A DNA stretch of 64,000 nt from contig NC_086097.1 in the NCBI RefSeq assembly GCF_963921235.1, positions 80,912,001-80,976,000 of the forward strand, written 5' to 3'. The position numbers and the translations under genes are program-made. This document shows positions 13,531-26,470 of this stretch, in pieces. The notes below the pieces were generated by a model. The model did no database searches. It was not told where the DNA came from and saw nothing but the letters and a program-made list of their open reading frames with translations. Each line of letters begins with the position of its first letter. Position 1 is the first letter of the stretch. The DNA is from Mobula hypostoma. Taxonomy: Eukaryota.

Positions 13531-14964
13531 CATCTATTTTGTGTGCTGGTTTTCGGAACAATCTATTTCCCTCATTTCCTTCCCTGTAACCTACTCTCCC
13601 ACACATGCCTATTTAATAACCCCAATTTTCCTATCATCCTTCAACACTGGGAGTAATTTACAGTAGCCAATTAACCCAACATCCATGTTTATCAGACAGA
13701 AAAAAAGCTGACTGTCTGGAGGAAATTCTTACATGACAGGTACTGTAGAATATGCAAACTCCACAGACAGTATCAGAGGGTAGGATTGAACGAAGATCTC
13801 TATACTACTTATAAAATGTGGATATTATATACTAGACCAAGGTTGATTGCCCTCTGCTAATTGACCTGGGGAAGGAGCTGCTTAGCTACATTTTCTGAAC
13901 CAACGTAGTCCCGGGTGACGGAATGCACTCCTGCTGCATTGTGGAAAAATTACTGAATTAGTAATCAGAGGCAGGGTCCAGTAATTATGAGTTACAAGTT
14001 CCAATCCCCCATGCAATGGCAATTTGGATAATTAAATAAACCAAAATGAAACAAAAGCTAGTTTTTAATTATAATCACCAATCACTATTTGACTGTGATT
14101 AAAAACCCAGCTAATTCATTGATAGACTCTGGGAAAGGGAGCCTTATTTCCTCCAGTGTTCTGTGTGTGTTGCTTTTGATTTCCAGCATCTGCAGGCTTT
14201 CTCATGTTTCTTATTCAATTTGGCCCATATGAAACTTCACCGTTACTCTCACTGCCCTCTGAAACAGGCAGTTTGACGTGGACAATAAAAAGCACGCATC
14301 AGAGGATTTACACCCAGAGGCTATGAAGAAGTTCCATGTCACAGTGGAGGAACCCTGCAGATGGTGCCATTGTTGTACATGTGCAGTCTTCATCCTTCCT
14401 GGTGATAGATGTGGGTTTAGATGATTGCTGTTGAAGTCTTGCTGAGTAACTGCAAGTTACTGAGCAACTTTTGTAGGTGGTGAGCATTACAGTCGGAGTG
14501 CTGGCAGTGGAGGGAATACAAGTTCAGAAAATGGATGAATCAGTGGGATGCTTTATCCTGGACAATTTCAAAGTTGAATGTTGATCAAACTGTACATTAT
14601 GACAACAAGCGAATATTCCATCACACTCCTTGCGTGTACCTTGTAGAAGGTGGAAAAGACCTGCTCAGTCAGGTGAAATGTTTACAGCAGGAAACTTCGC
14701 CTTTAACATATTTCTGTAGTCACGGTATTTATGTGGTTGTTCTAGGTGAATTTTTGTGAATGGCGGTCATGCCGATGATGCGGGGTTTAAAACATTGTAT
14801 GGTGACAAAGGACAGGTAGTCTGACTTTCACTTAGTGGAGATGGTCAATACCTGCAATTTGTGATTTGAATACACTTGTCACATATCGGTACATTAACTC
14901 AAAGAACACTTGGAATGCTTCATTTTCTGAGGACTTGCAAATGGAACTAAATATAATTGTTCCA

Positions 14965-15280
14965 TAGTCATAGAGCAACATAGCACAGATGTGAGCCCTA
15001 CACTTCAATTAGTACACAGTGCCCCCCAAGCTCATCCCAATTCCCTGCATTTGGCCATACTCTCTAAGCCTTGCCGATCCATGTACCTATCCAAGTGGTT
15101 CTTAAATGATGCTGTTGTACCTGGTTCAGCTACTTCCTGTGGCAGCTCATTGTACCTATCCTCTATTTGAACAAGTTGCCCCGCAGGTCCCTCTCACCCT
15201 AAACTTATGCCCCTTAGTTCTGCACTGTCTACTCAGGGGGAAAGTTCTACCATCCACCCAATCTATGCCTCTCATGATAA
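14965..15280 (-). mobile_element. CR1 LINE 3' end
   Basis: IMRGIDWVDGRTFP...KGHKFRVRG and a CR1-like tail. Confidence 0.75.
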
Positions 15281-15980
15281 GAAAGAAGACAAACATCCAC
15301 CTTCCCCAAACACACAGACAAAGCTGCACCTTACCAATAAATACCTCCTTACTTTCTCCCTCCATCTGATTGTCTGCCAAGTGCAATTCTGTGCGATGGC
15401 AGAAATGGACGCAGGCACCGAGACACCTGCAAGCTTAATTTGCTTCAAATGCCAGTTTAATCTGCATGTGTCTGGGATGATATGCAAAGATTCCTTGCTA
15501 TAAACCCAGTGTACAGCTTCAAAATTACTTCAGTCAGCCTTCAGTGGCTCTTATTAACTAATTTTTTTTTTACAAGTCCTATTCACTAAACATTGACTTT
15601 CTATCCTTGCAGCAGAACAAACAGTTCCACAGCCCTTGGGTATTTGATGTTATGTAATGATGGAGATTAAATGCGTAAAAACATGAAGCTACAATGTAAT
15701 TTCACTCTTTCAATGAGTTCTGTTTTTTTTTGATGACATGAAGTTCATCATTGGATAATGGAATAATTTAGAATGTGTGCAAAGATGAAGGATTGCATCT
15801 AAACCTTCTCCTTTGATGAGACATATTGCTTATTATACTTATACATAAAATTCAAGAATAAAGTTTCTAGCCACTTTTTCAAAGGGGCAAAAAGTCTTGT
15901 AGAAGCTTTCTGTACTTTGCACAACCCATTCCTCTTGAACAGATCTTGAATGATGCTGTTGTACCTGCATCAGCTACTTC

Positions 15981-17275
15981 AGCTACTAGGGAAAGGCCTT
16001 TTGGTCAAGGAAGAGCGAGGCACTTCTTTGTCCAGCAGGAGGTGTGAGCTGCTGTGGGGGAGCTACGTGCTGGCAAGATTGCAGGCGTGTGGCAACAAGG
16101 TGTGTAGACAAGATGGGACCAGGTAACGGGGTGCAACATCTTGTGGGGGGAAATTTGGTGAGCTGAACCCCACCACATTTAGTTCCTGATCCAGTCAGTC
16201 TATGACGTCTTGTGAAGCCCAGCGAACCTTTACTGCTGGGGCAAGGCCAAAACACCAGCATGCTCCCCGTGCAGAGGGAAGGGGACACTAGAGCACATTC
16301 TCAGCTACTGCCCAAAAGTCCTGAGGGAGGGGCGTTATCATTGGTGCCATGACCAAGTGTTGAAGACAGCGGCAGACACCTTGTGCGCAGCCATCACCCA
16401 GACAAGCAAAGCAGGGGAGAAGGTTCAAACCTAACCCAAGCAGCCTGCCAGCCATCTAGGAACAGCAATGGACTGGCAATTGAGGGTCGACCTGAGGGAA
16501 ACAGCTCAGATTCCCTGAGCACACCTCCTTGACCATGCTTAGGCCAGACATAGTGCTGCTCTCAGAGTCATCTAGACATGTGGTCATGTTGGAGCTGACT
16601 GGTCCTTGGGAAGACCGGATGATAGATAGATAGATAGATAGATAGATATACTTTATTGATCCCGAGGGAAATTGGGTTTCGTTACAGCTGCACCAACCAA
16701 GAATAGAGCACAAATGTAGCAATACAAAAACCACAAACAATCAAACAACAAAATGCAAACAATGCCAGATGGAAAATAAGTCCAGGACCAGCCTATTGGC
16801 TCAGGGTGTCTGACCCTCCACGGGAGGAGCTGCAAAGTTCGATGGCCACAGGCAGGAACAACCTCCCGTGACGTCTATGGAGGAGGCCTATGAAAGGAAA
16901 AAGACAAAGTACCAAGACTTGGTGAGGGAGTGCTGCAGCAAAGGGTGGCGGGCACATTGTATGCCCATAGAGGTGGGCTGCAGAGGGTTTGCTGGTCAAT
17001 TCTCTTGCTGAGCCTACAGCCGGATGACATCTCAGGAGCCCAGCAGAGGAAAGCCATCAGCAACACCAAAGAGGTAGCAGAGTGAGCCTCGAAATGGCTG
17101 TGGATCAGAGGAGTGACCCACGGGAGAATGCTACTCAGACACAAACCGGGGCCTGATCAACCCCAGCTGGGTTGTCCGGGTAAGGGTGTCTGATGTTGAA
17201 ACACCCAAAACACCCTGTGAACCGAAGTTACCCCACTGATGATGTGGCCGAGTGCATCACAAGATGTATCATTCT
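15981..17275 (+). mobile_element. Hero/NeSL-type (R2 superfamily) non-LTR retrotransposon, 3' part
   Basis: FLIQSVYDVL..ANLYCWGK, CCHC knuckle CSPC..GTLEHILSYC, RHD-like CHDQVL, and restriction-like endonuclease RPDIVL..VMLELTGPWED..EEAYERKKTKY..PIEVGCRGFAG. Confidence 0.88.
16622..16876 (-). mobile_element. Rex1/Babar 3' end with (CTAT)n tail, nested in the Hero element
   Basis: Highly similar reverse complement of about 24760-24994. Splits the Hero reading PWEDRM|EEAYERK with atg duplicated. Confidence 0.85.
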
Positions 17276-17551
17276 ATCAGATGAAAAAAGGGCTTTCTGC
17301 AGACTTGCAGAATTGTGGTGTCTTTGAGCTGGTGTGATATTCATTGCCAGTTACTAGAGCTCTCTGAGCATGTAATAAGAAGCTACTCTCCAGCACTGTA
17401 TTTAATTAAAATTTTAGCCCTCTGGAAAATTAATTTCATCAGAATTTGCAAAACAAACACCTTTTGTAATTTTGCGCTATCCATCTCTAATATCACATTG
17501 GGGTAAAACACTGTAAAATGTATGTTGCTTCACAGTTATGAGAGTAATGCA

Positions 17552-18357
17552 TCCACTTCAAGGTTTGATGTGTGGTGCATTCATAGATGCTTTTCTGCGC
17601 ACGCCTGTTGTAACGCGTAGTTATTTGAGGTTACTGTTGCCTTGCTGTCAGTTTGAAGCAGTCTGGCCATTCTCTTCTGACCTCTCTCATTAACAAGCAG
17701 TTTTTGCCTATAGACCTGCCACTCACCGGATGCTTTCTTTTCTTGCACCATTCCCTGAAAAACCCTTGAGTGCATCTGTGTGAAAATCTCAGGAGATCAG
17801 CAGGTTCTGAGACACTCAAATCACCCCATCTAGCACCAACAATCAGTCTATGGCCAAAGTCACTTTCAGCACACTTTTCCCCATTCTGAAATTTGGTTTG
17901 AAAACAACTGAACCTCTTGGCCATGTCTGCATGCTTTTATGCCTTGAATTGCTGCGATATGATTATAGGCTTCGGTTAGTCTCATGAGACCATGGATTTG
18001 CGCCTTGGAAGGTTTCCAGGGCGCAGGCCTGGGCAAGGTTGTATGGAAGACCGGCAGTTGCCCATGCTGCAAGTCTCCCCTCTGCACGCCACTGATGTTG
18101 TCCAAGGGAAGGGCATTAGGACCCATACAGCTTAGCACTGGTGTTGTTGCCGAGCATTGTATGGTTAAGTGCCTTGTTCAAGGACACACACACTGCCTCA
18201 GCCAAGGCTCAAACTAGCGACCTTAAAATCACTAGACAAACACCTTAACCACTTGGCCACGCATGATATGATACACCTGCGATATGACTGACTGATTAGA
18301 TATTTGCATTAACGAACAAGTGTACAGGTGTACCTAATAAAATGGCTACTGAATGTA
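17552..18357 (-). mobile_element. Tc1/mariner remnant (transposase N-terminal HTH region and one terminus)
   Basis: GEKCAESDFGHRLIVGARWGDLSVSEPADLLRFS...LVNERGQKRMARLLQTDSKATVT. Terminus cctaataaaatggctactgaatg followed by TA. Confidence 0.85.
17963..18262 (-). mobile_element. tRNA-derived SINE (same family as 11378-11686), nested in the Tc1 remnant
   Basis: Reverse complement of the 11378-11686 copy along its length. Flanked by ctgcgatatga repeats. Confidence 0.88.
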
Positions 18358-20659
18358 TATGTGGCTCTTTCTTTTAAGAATTCAGTTTCACCCATTGAGG
18401 CCACTAGTAATATGGACCTTCACCACCAACATTTGGTTTCCGAGAAAAAGTAGTTACTTCTGGGATGTTGACTGTATTAACAGACATCCAATTCTGGATG
18501 GTTTGTGACTTAAAGTTGGAGATGCGCAGATGAGATGGACTGTTTTGTCTTGAATGGTTTATTGCTCGTTTAAAACTGCCAAGGCTGCACTCATTCCATC
18601 AAATGAACTGCACTCCATCATAGTGAGTTCTGCCATATGGATGCTGAAAAGTAGTTAAGCTTCATGAGGTAAATCAGATGCAAAAACCCAAACTCTAATC
18701 TGCTCCAGAGCCAATGTTGTAAAACAAAAGATCACTTCTTACTTGTACATAGTTTTCTCCTTTTGCTTGTTCTTTCTTTCCTCTCTTTTCTATAGGTGTA
18801 TACCTCAGATAAATATTATGTGGAGATTTGTGGCAAATATGATTATGATATATATGCACAATATCTGAAATACAGCTTATGGAAATGTTTGTTTGATGAT
18901 GAACTCCAATAAAAATAAATTACAAAAAAAGAAGAAATATCTGAGGCCCAGTGATTGATGAGTTGAAGCATGGTGATGAAGAGGAATTCAGCATTGGTAC
19001 TGCCACTGAATGTCACATCAATGTTCAAAGTCCAGTAACATAACAGACATTACTTGCTGCTTATTAATTCAAGCTTGGTTCAGCTTATGCTATTCCAGCA
19101 AACATGACCATTTTATGCTAGATTCTCCCTTGCCTATAAAGAGATGAAGGGGCAGAGATTTTACATACTGATAATAGCAGAATTTCAAAGGCACTTGAGT
19201 CAATCCAAATGTTGTTTTGTTGCAGTACAAGAAGTCTTAAATGTTTGTTCAGTGGGTGAATTAACAGTTCCACAGAACTAAACATCCCACGGACAAACGT
19301 AAGTATGTTCACAGCCTTGGTGCATTGTGGTAATTAATGGTGGAATAAAGGATCAGAAAACAACAGATATCATAAATAGGGAAAATAAATTCCACCTTGT
19401 GCATACGAGCATATACAACAATGCTTAGTGACAATGGGCCTGAAACTAAATTAAATCAGGACCTCTGCTCTGTAATCTGAAATTTATAAACCGTATTTGT
19501 TATTAATGGGATACATCAGAAGAGAAAACACTCACAGTGTCACAAGTCCTGATGCATCCTGAAACATAGACAATTCCTCTCTCCCATGGATGCTGCCTGG
19601 CCCACAGAGCTCAGCCAATGGATTGTTTATTGCTGTCGCTAGAATATGTCAGTTGATGAAATGAAACCCCTGCTCCAAGAGACCACTGAATTGTCAGGGA
19701 CATTAACCCTTGTGGTTAATCGACCGAGAAGTAGAATGTTTACACTTGAATTAATTCAGCAAAGCTCTGGAATGCCAGATGAATATTGTATCATTCAGCC
19801 CATATTGCGCAGATGGCATTTCTAGTACTTCTGCAGGGTGATAACTATGGGGGTTCTAAACATTCTGATCATCTGACACCGTGCAAATCCTGTCAGTTTC
19901 ATATTGATGAGGTTTTCATCCAGTCTTATCTAAGGGACTTTCCAACTGAACCTCTCTTGCTGATCCCCCTACTGTGTGTGGAAAATGTGATTCTCATCTC
20001 TAGTTTCACTGAAGTAATTTCCAGTTGCCAGTCCTCATCTACATAGAATTATCAAATTGATGGCATTTTGAGTACCAGTCAATTGGTACAGTTCAGAAGG
20101 TGCAGGAAACCTGATAGCTTTACTGTAGAGCTGAGCTTGTGTAGCTTGCAAAAGATGGAGAAAAAAGATCTAAGTGGAGGTCAATTTTTGTCAGACTTGG
20201 AGGATTAATAATCCTCTTCCTGGCTTCTCAGATATTATTGAAGTTTTTGCCACGTGGGGTGTCTGAAATATTCTTCAGTGGTTACACAAGAAGAATGGAT
20301 GGGGCATTGTGGTGTTAAGTGAATGCAAACCTGAATAGCAGAGTTGAAGGAAAATTTGTTAAGATTCTCTAGGTAAGGTGAGCAGAAAAGGCCAAAATCT
20401 AAGGATTATAATAAGTTTGTCCCAAAATGGGGGAAAGAGTCTAATGGTCGACGATTGGTTTTCTTTAAATGGTTGGAGAGCTTTTATCTGTGGTATTCCA
20501 CAGAGCTCAGCACTGGTCCCTTGCTTTTAGTAAGAATGCATGCATGACTTGGACTTTGACATAGGGAACATGATAAAGAAATATGCAAAAATTAGGAAAA
20601 AAATCTGTTAACAGTCAAGAGGAGAGCTTCAGACTGCAGGAAAACTAAGATGGTTTGGT

Positions 20660-21702
20660 AATTAGTTAAATGGAGATCACCTGTGTGCAGTCAAGCTGTT
20701 TCAATTGGTTGTAGTTAAAAAAATACACCTGTAGCTAGAAGGTGAAAACTACACCATGAAGACAAAAGAACCCTCCAGGCAACTCTGTGAAAAGGTTATT
20801 GAAAAGCACAAGTCAGGAGATGGATACAAGAAAATTTCCAAGTCACTGAAAATCTGTTGGAATACCATTAAGTCAGTCAAGAAATGGAAAGATAATGACA
20901 TAGCCCTTAAATCTGCCTAGAGCAGGCCATCCTCAAAACTAAGTGACCGTGCAAGAAGGGGACTAGTGAAGGAGGCCACCAAGAGACCTATGACAACTCT
21001 AGCAGAGGTACAAGCTTCAATGGCTAAGGTGGGAGAGACTGTGCAGACAACAACTGTTACCTGGGTGCTTTACCAGTCACAGCTTTATGGGAAAGTGGCT
21101 AAGAGAGAGCCACTGCTGAAAAAAATCTCACATGAAATCACAGCTAGAGTTTGCCAGAAGGCATGTGGGAGACTCTGAAGACAGCTAGAAGAAGGTTCTA
21201 TGATCTGATGAAACCGGAATTGAGCTTTTTGGTCATCAGACTAAACGCTATGTTTGGCATAAGCCAAACATCGCACATCATCAAAAACACACCATCCCTA
21301 CTATGAAGCATGGTGGTGGCTGCATCATGCTGTGGGGATGCTTCACTGTAGCATGCCCTGGAAGGCCTGGGAAGGTAGAGGGTAAAATGAATTCAGCAAA
21401 ATACAGGAAATCCCAGAGGAAAACCTGATAAAGTCTGCAAGAGAACTGCAACTTGTGAGCAGATTTGTTTTTCAGCAAGACAATGACCCCAAGTGTAAAG
21501 CCAAAGCTACACAGGAATGGCTTAAAAACAACAAAGTTAATGTCCTGGAGTGGCCAAGTCAGAGTGTGGCTGGACTTGAAATGGGCTGTTCACTCACGAC
21601 CCCCATGCAATTTGACAGAGCTTGAGCAGCTTTGTAAAGAAGAATGGGGAAAATTGCTGTGTCCTGATGTGCAAAGCTAATTCAGCCCTATCCACAGAGC
21701 CT
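20660..21702 (+). mobile_element. Tc1 transposase pseudogene
   Basis: ATG at 20756, MKTKE..KVIEKHKSGDGYKKISKSL, then [30 protein letters not shown] and VLEWPSQS. Has stops, frameshifts and a deletion of the PDLNPIE segment. Confidence 0.93.
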
Positions 21703-22559
21703 CACCTTTGAAGGCCTCACACTTAAGTACACCTTTGCCAGAAAACAACTTGTCCCAATCCACTCTTGACAGATCCTTTCATCAAAATTGGGCTTTCTAC
21801 AATTTAGAATCTCAAACCAAGGATCAGACCTGTCCCTTCTCCACAATTACCTTGAAACTAACGGAATTATGATCATTAGTTGCAAAGTGTTCCTCTAAAC
21901 AAACTTCTATCACCTGTCCTATCTCATTCCCTAATAGGAGATCTAGTATTGCACTCCTCCATTTGGAAAACTTGTAACTATGTGGAAAGATTCAGTAAGC
22001 TTGTATGATTTCTTTTGGAACTGTCGCTGTGGGGAGCATTAACTCAGGGGTATATTACAGGGACTTGAAGTAAACTTATGGGTGAGGTAAAAAACAAAGA
22101 ACAGATGAAGTAGTTGTGGGAGGATCAGGGAGAAGATGATGAAATTGTCCTCAGGCAGATGGTGGCAGTCATCTGGAATGCTGTCTGAACATGTGTAGAA
22201 GGAGTAACTCTCTTCACACATAAGAAATGCTGATGTGCTTTGAAAGCCTAAGGCCTACAAGGCTGCAAAATAAGATTAGGTTGGGCTGCATTTTATTTGG
22301 ACTGCTCTGACACGATGGGCTGAATTGCCTACAGTTTCATAAATTTTTAATGATTCTATGGACGACATAAAATACAATGAAAGTAGTTAATTTGGTGTTA
22401 AGGGGCACAATCCAATCGGATGTAGAAGTTGAGAGCCTATACAAGGTGTCAATGGAAGTTCCATCCCCAGTGACAGAGATTATGAACTCATGAATTAGAG
22501 CCAGATCTTTCAGTGAAGAGTGAAAATTGGTAAAGTATTTCATGAATTTATCTAATAGA

Positions 22560-23698
22560 CCCATAGAACACCACAGCACAGAAAATTCTTAAAACTTAAG
22601 AGTGATCCTGCATTTACCATGTCAGATGGCAGCTTGTTCCACACTCCCACCACTCTCTGAGTGAAGAAGTTCCCCCAATGTTTCCCCTAAACCTTTCCCC
22701 TTTCACCCTAAAGCCATGTCCTCTCGTATTTATCTCTCCTAATCTAAGTGGAAAGAGCCTATTCACCTTTACTCTGCCTATACCCCTCATAATTTTGTAA
22801 ACCTCTATTAAATCTCCCCTCATTCTTCTACGCTCCAAGGAATGAAGTCCTAACCTGCTCAATCTTTCCCTGTAACTCAACTCCTGAAGACCCGGCAACA
22901 TCCTAGTAAATCTTCTCTGCACTCTTTCAATCTTACTACTCCAAATGTGGCCTCCCCATAACATCCCAACTCCTATACTCAATACTTTGATTTATGAATG
23001 CCAGGATGCCAAAAGCCTTCTTTACAACCCTGGCTACCTGTGATGCCACTTTCAGGGAATTATGTATCTGAACTCCCAGATCTCTTCATTCCTCTGTACT
23101 CCTCAGTGCCCTACCATTTACTGTGTATGTCCTACCTTGATTTGTCCTTCCAAAATGCAACACCTCATACTTGTCTGCATTAAATTCCATCTGCCATTTT
23201 CTGCCCCATTTTTCCAGTTGGTCCAGATCCCTCTGCAAGGTTTGAAAGCCTTCCTCACTGTCCACAATGCCTCCAATCTTGGTTTCATCAGCAAACTTGC
23301 TGATCCAATTTACCACATTATTATCTAGATCATTGATACAGACAAAAAACAACAATGGTCCTAGCACAGATCCTTGAGGCATACCATTAGTCACAGGCCT
23401 CCAGTCTAATAAGCAACCATCGACTACCACTCTCTGTCTTCTCCCACACAGCCAATTTCAAATCCAGTTTACAACCTCTCCATGGATACCTAGTGTCTGA
23501 ATCTTCTGAACTAAACTCCCTTGTTGGACTTTGTCAAAAGCCTTACTAAAGTCCATGTAGACAACATCCACAGCCTTTCCTGTGTCTACTTTCTTGGTAA
23601 CCTCCTCAAAAAACTCTACAAGATTCATTAAACACAATCCACCACGCACAAAGCCATGCTGACTATCCTTAATCAGCCCTTGGCTGTCTGAGTACTGA
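22560..23698 (-). mobile_element. CR1 LINE RT and 3' end
   Basis: DSQHGFVRG, VDVVYMDFSKAFDKV, PQGSVLGPLLF, ISKFADETK, ERVQRRFTRMLPGL. Confidence 0.95.
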
Positions 23699-24009
23699 GT
23701 TCGAAGAAGGGCTAAAAGAAAATTGGGGAAGTGTCTTCTAGTGAAGAGGTCACTGCTCAGCATACTCTGAAAGAAGATAGATGCAGATAAAACTTAGCTA
23801 GTTTCCGTCACAACAGGTGTAGATGACTATCAGTTCAGTCAGGCAGAGGAGGATTTCAATGCAGTTTGCCTAGGTTAATGCTCAAGCAAAAGTGAAGGAT
23901 CTGTTGTCATGTCCTGGTGTGGGAGAGCTCTTGGTAGATTAGATGTTCTTGAGGAAAAACAGGAGATATGGGTAAAACCAGCATTCTTTTGCTTTTATGT
24001 CATATTTCT

Positions 24010-24995
24010 GCATTTGTGCGTTTCGGCATAAGTGCGCATGCGTCGGTTGTGTATGCAGCCTGGTACAGCCGTTCCGATCAGTATCCTTACTTTCTTCCTC
24101 TTACTTTTTAACTGACATTATTTTTTGTATTTTTTTTTTCCACGGTAACACATCGAAGCTGCACCCTCTCTAACATGCTGGTAGAGAGAGTTTTATTTGG
24201 GTTTTTAGCGCTGGAAATAGTTACATCCCAACACGCGGGACAGAAGCATGGTCACATTGTGTATTCCAGGGACCAGCTGTTTGCACTAATGCCGGCTGGT
24301 TTAGCGAGCAGAGTGGCGGACACCCCTGCTGAAATCTGGAGGAAAACACACAGAGGATGCAGAGGGGGATCACAAAGTCGAGGAAAGAGGACCAGGTCGA
24401 GACAACAGAGACTTATGGAGAAGAGGAGTTTGGTGGGTAATAAAATGGACGAGGTCACAGCGCTAGCCAGGCACTAGAGAACATTTCGGAAGTGCGGTGT
24501 TATGTGTTTCACTGGAACGGGGTTGCACGAGGACATATCTGATCAAAACTTCTCCATGGATGGCTTCCAGACCGTTCGGGCTGACTGGAAGTGCACTGAG
24601 AGCGGTAAGCGTAAAGGAGTTGGGTGCTTACTGTTCTGGCTAACAACAGATGGTGCAATCCGGGTCATATTACGATTGAGGAACGTGTTTGTAGACCGGA
24701 TATTGAACTTTTTACTGTTGGACTTTGGCCACACTCCACCGAGATACAACACTGGGTGGCACTGGAGGTCGTTCCTGCCTGTGGTCATCGAATTTGCAGC
24801 TCCTCCCATGGAGGGTCAGACACCCTGAGCCAATAGACTGACCCTGGACTTATTTTCCATCTGGCATAGTTTGCATTTTGTTGTTTGATTGTTTGTGGTT
24901 TTTGTATTGCTATATTTACGCTCTATTCTTGGTTGGTGCGGCTGTAACGAAACCCAATTTCCCTCGGGATCAATAAAGTATATCTATCTATCTAT
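24010..24995 (+). mobile_element. Internally deleted Rex1/Babar LINE (5' region and endonuclease start fused to 3' tail)
   Basis: YSRDQLFAL..RGCRGG, then APE-type CFTGTGLHEDI..DGFQTVRAD..SGKRKG..NNRWCNPGH..DIELF. Joins abruptly at about 24735-24760 to the 3' tail ending (CTAT)n. Confidence 0.8.
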
Positions 24996-26286
24996 TGTAG
25001 CTTGTTAATTTTCATTTGTTGGAAAATTGGGTGGATGGTGATGGTGATAGTGATGGTGATAATAAAGGATTCAAGGTAAAAGGGACAGGAGCAGGATGGA
25101 TTCAACTGTTCATGGAGACCTCTTAGAGAGCCTGCAGATATATTCAGGGCTAGAGGTTGAGTACATGCATGGTCAAAGTTTAAGGAAGATAGTAAGACAC
25201 TGGGATAAAAGGAGACTGTTCCCTGAAATCAGCAGCCCTGTCTTCAGCAGGAGCTTTGATAAAGGTGGAGAAGTGGTAGCCAAGAGAACACACTGCTCTG
25301 TTTTCCTTCTTGAAGGCACTGATGGAGAGACGAGGTGAAGCAACCTTGATCAAGTTATTATGTTTCCTCCATTAATTTACTTGTTATAAATCTACCCCAG
25401 CTGCTTCAACATAAACATACCTTTCAGTACTCTTAAGACCTGATTACTATTTCAATCCATCTTTGTTTCCTTAATAAAAGTCCAGTTCAGTGTGAAGCAT
25501 CATTTCTAATAGCTTCAAGCTACCATAATTATTCTTGGCATTTTCAACTGTTTACGTTTTCACGTACTTAAGAGTTATAAGTAATTTCCGGAAGTGCTAA
25601 CATCGCTGAGAGAGGCCTGAAAAGCCTCAGTTGAAGGGGGAGAGCAAGAGACAAAGAAAACTTTGTTTTGGGGCCCCCTTTTCAAAAGCCCTGATGAAGG
25701 TTCTCGGACCAAGACATCAACTGTTTGTTCATTCCCATAAGTTCAGCCTGACTGCTAAGTTCCTCCAGCATTTTGTGTGCTGCAGCACCTGCAGAAGCTT
25801 TTCTGTTTCCCCTTTTCAGAAGGAAAATTAAAATAATATTTTATTGATCAGAACTGGAAGCGACCAAATGGACTTTGACCAACTGGGGAACAAAATAGAA
25901 TGCCTTATTTAAAAAAAAATCAATTCTTTACTTTTGCATAGATGTTTTAAGACTAACCTGCATATGGTCATGATAACCACATCCCTCTTCTGACAAAATA
26001 TACTGAGCCATTGATGGCACTTCAGTCTGAAACATCACGTTTAGATTCCTACAAATATGTGAATTCCATTTTAAATGATCTGTAATTCTTCAATCGGGAA
26101 TGATTGTTGACTTGGAGAAAATAACATGAATTTCTAAAAAAAAAATAGAAAATGCAAAGCAAAATTTCAAAGATCACAATTTCAAGATCAACACAAGGAG
26201 CAGGCTTGATCCCGAACCCTGGGTATCAGCATACTTTCTGAATGCCAAAATGCATCACCATTGTAAACTATATATGTATATCTTAA

Positions 26287-26470
26287 GGGCTTTATCCCCT
26301 CCTACTTTCAAATCTCTTACTATCTCTTCTTTCAGTTAGTCCTAATGAAGGGTCTCGGCCCGAAACGTCGACTGTACCTCTTCCTATAGATGCTGCCTGG
26401 CCTGCTGCGTTCACCAGCACTTTTCATGTGTATTGCTTGAAATTCCAGCATCTGCAGATTTCCTTGTATT
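26287..26470 (+). mobile_element. Penelope-like terminal fragment with mutated hammerhead motif
   Basis: tagtc-CTAATGA-agggtctcggccc-GAAAC-GTC-gactg at 26337-26374, followed by the family terminus. Confidence 0.85.

Noticed and set aside
17185..17250. ctgatg..gaaac and ctgatga in the Hero 3' UTR as a possible hammerhead
   Set aside because: Core boxes are not arranged around a helix II in the required order.
19934..19943. Perfect NF-kB site GGGACTTTCC
   Set aside because: Single isolated 10-mer with no supporting context.
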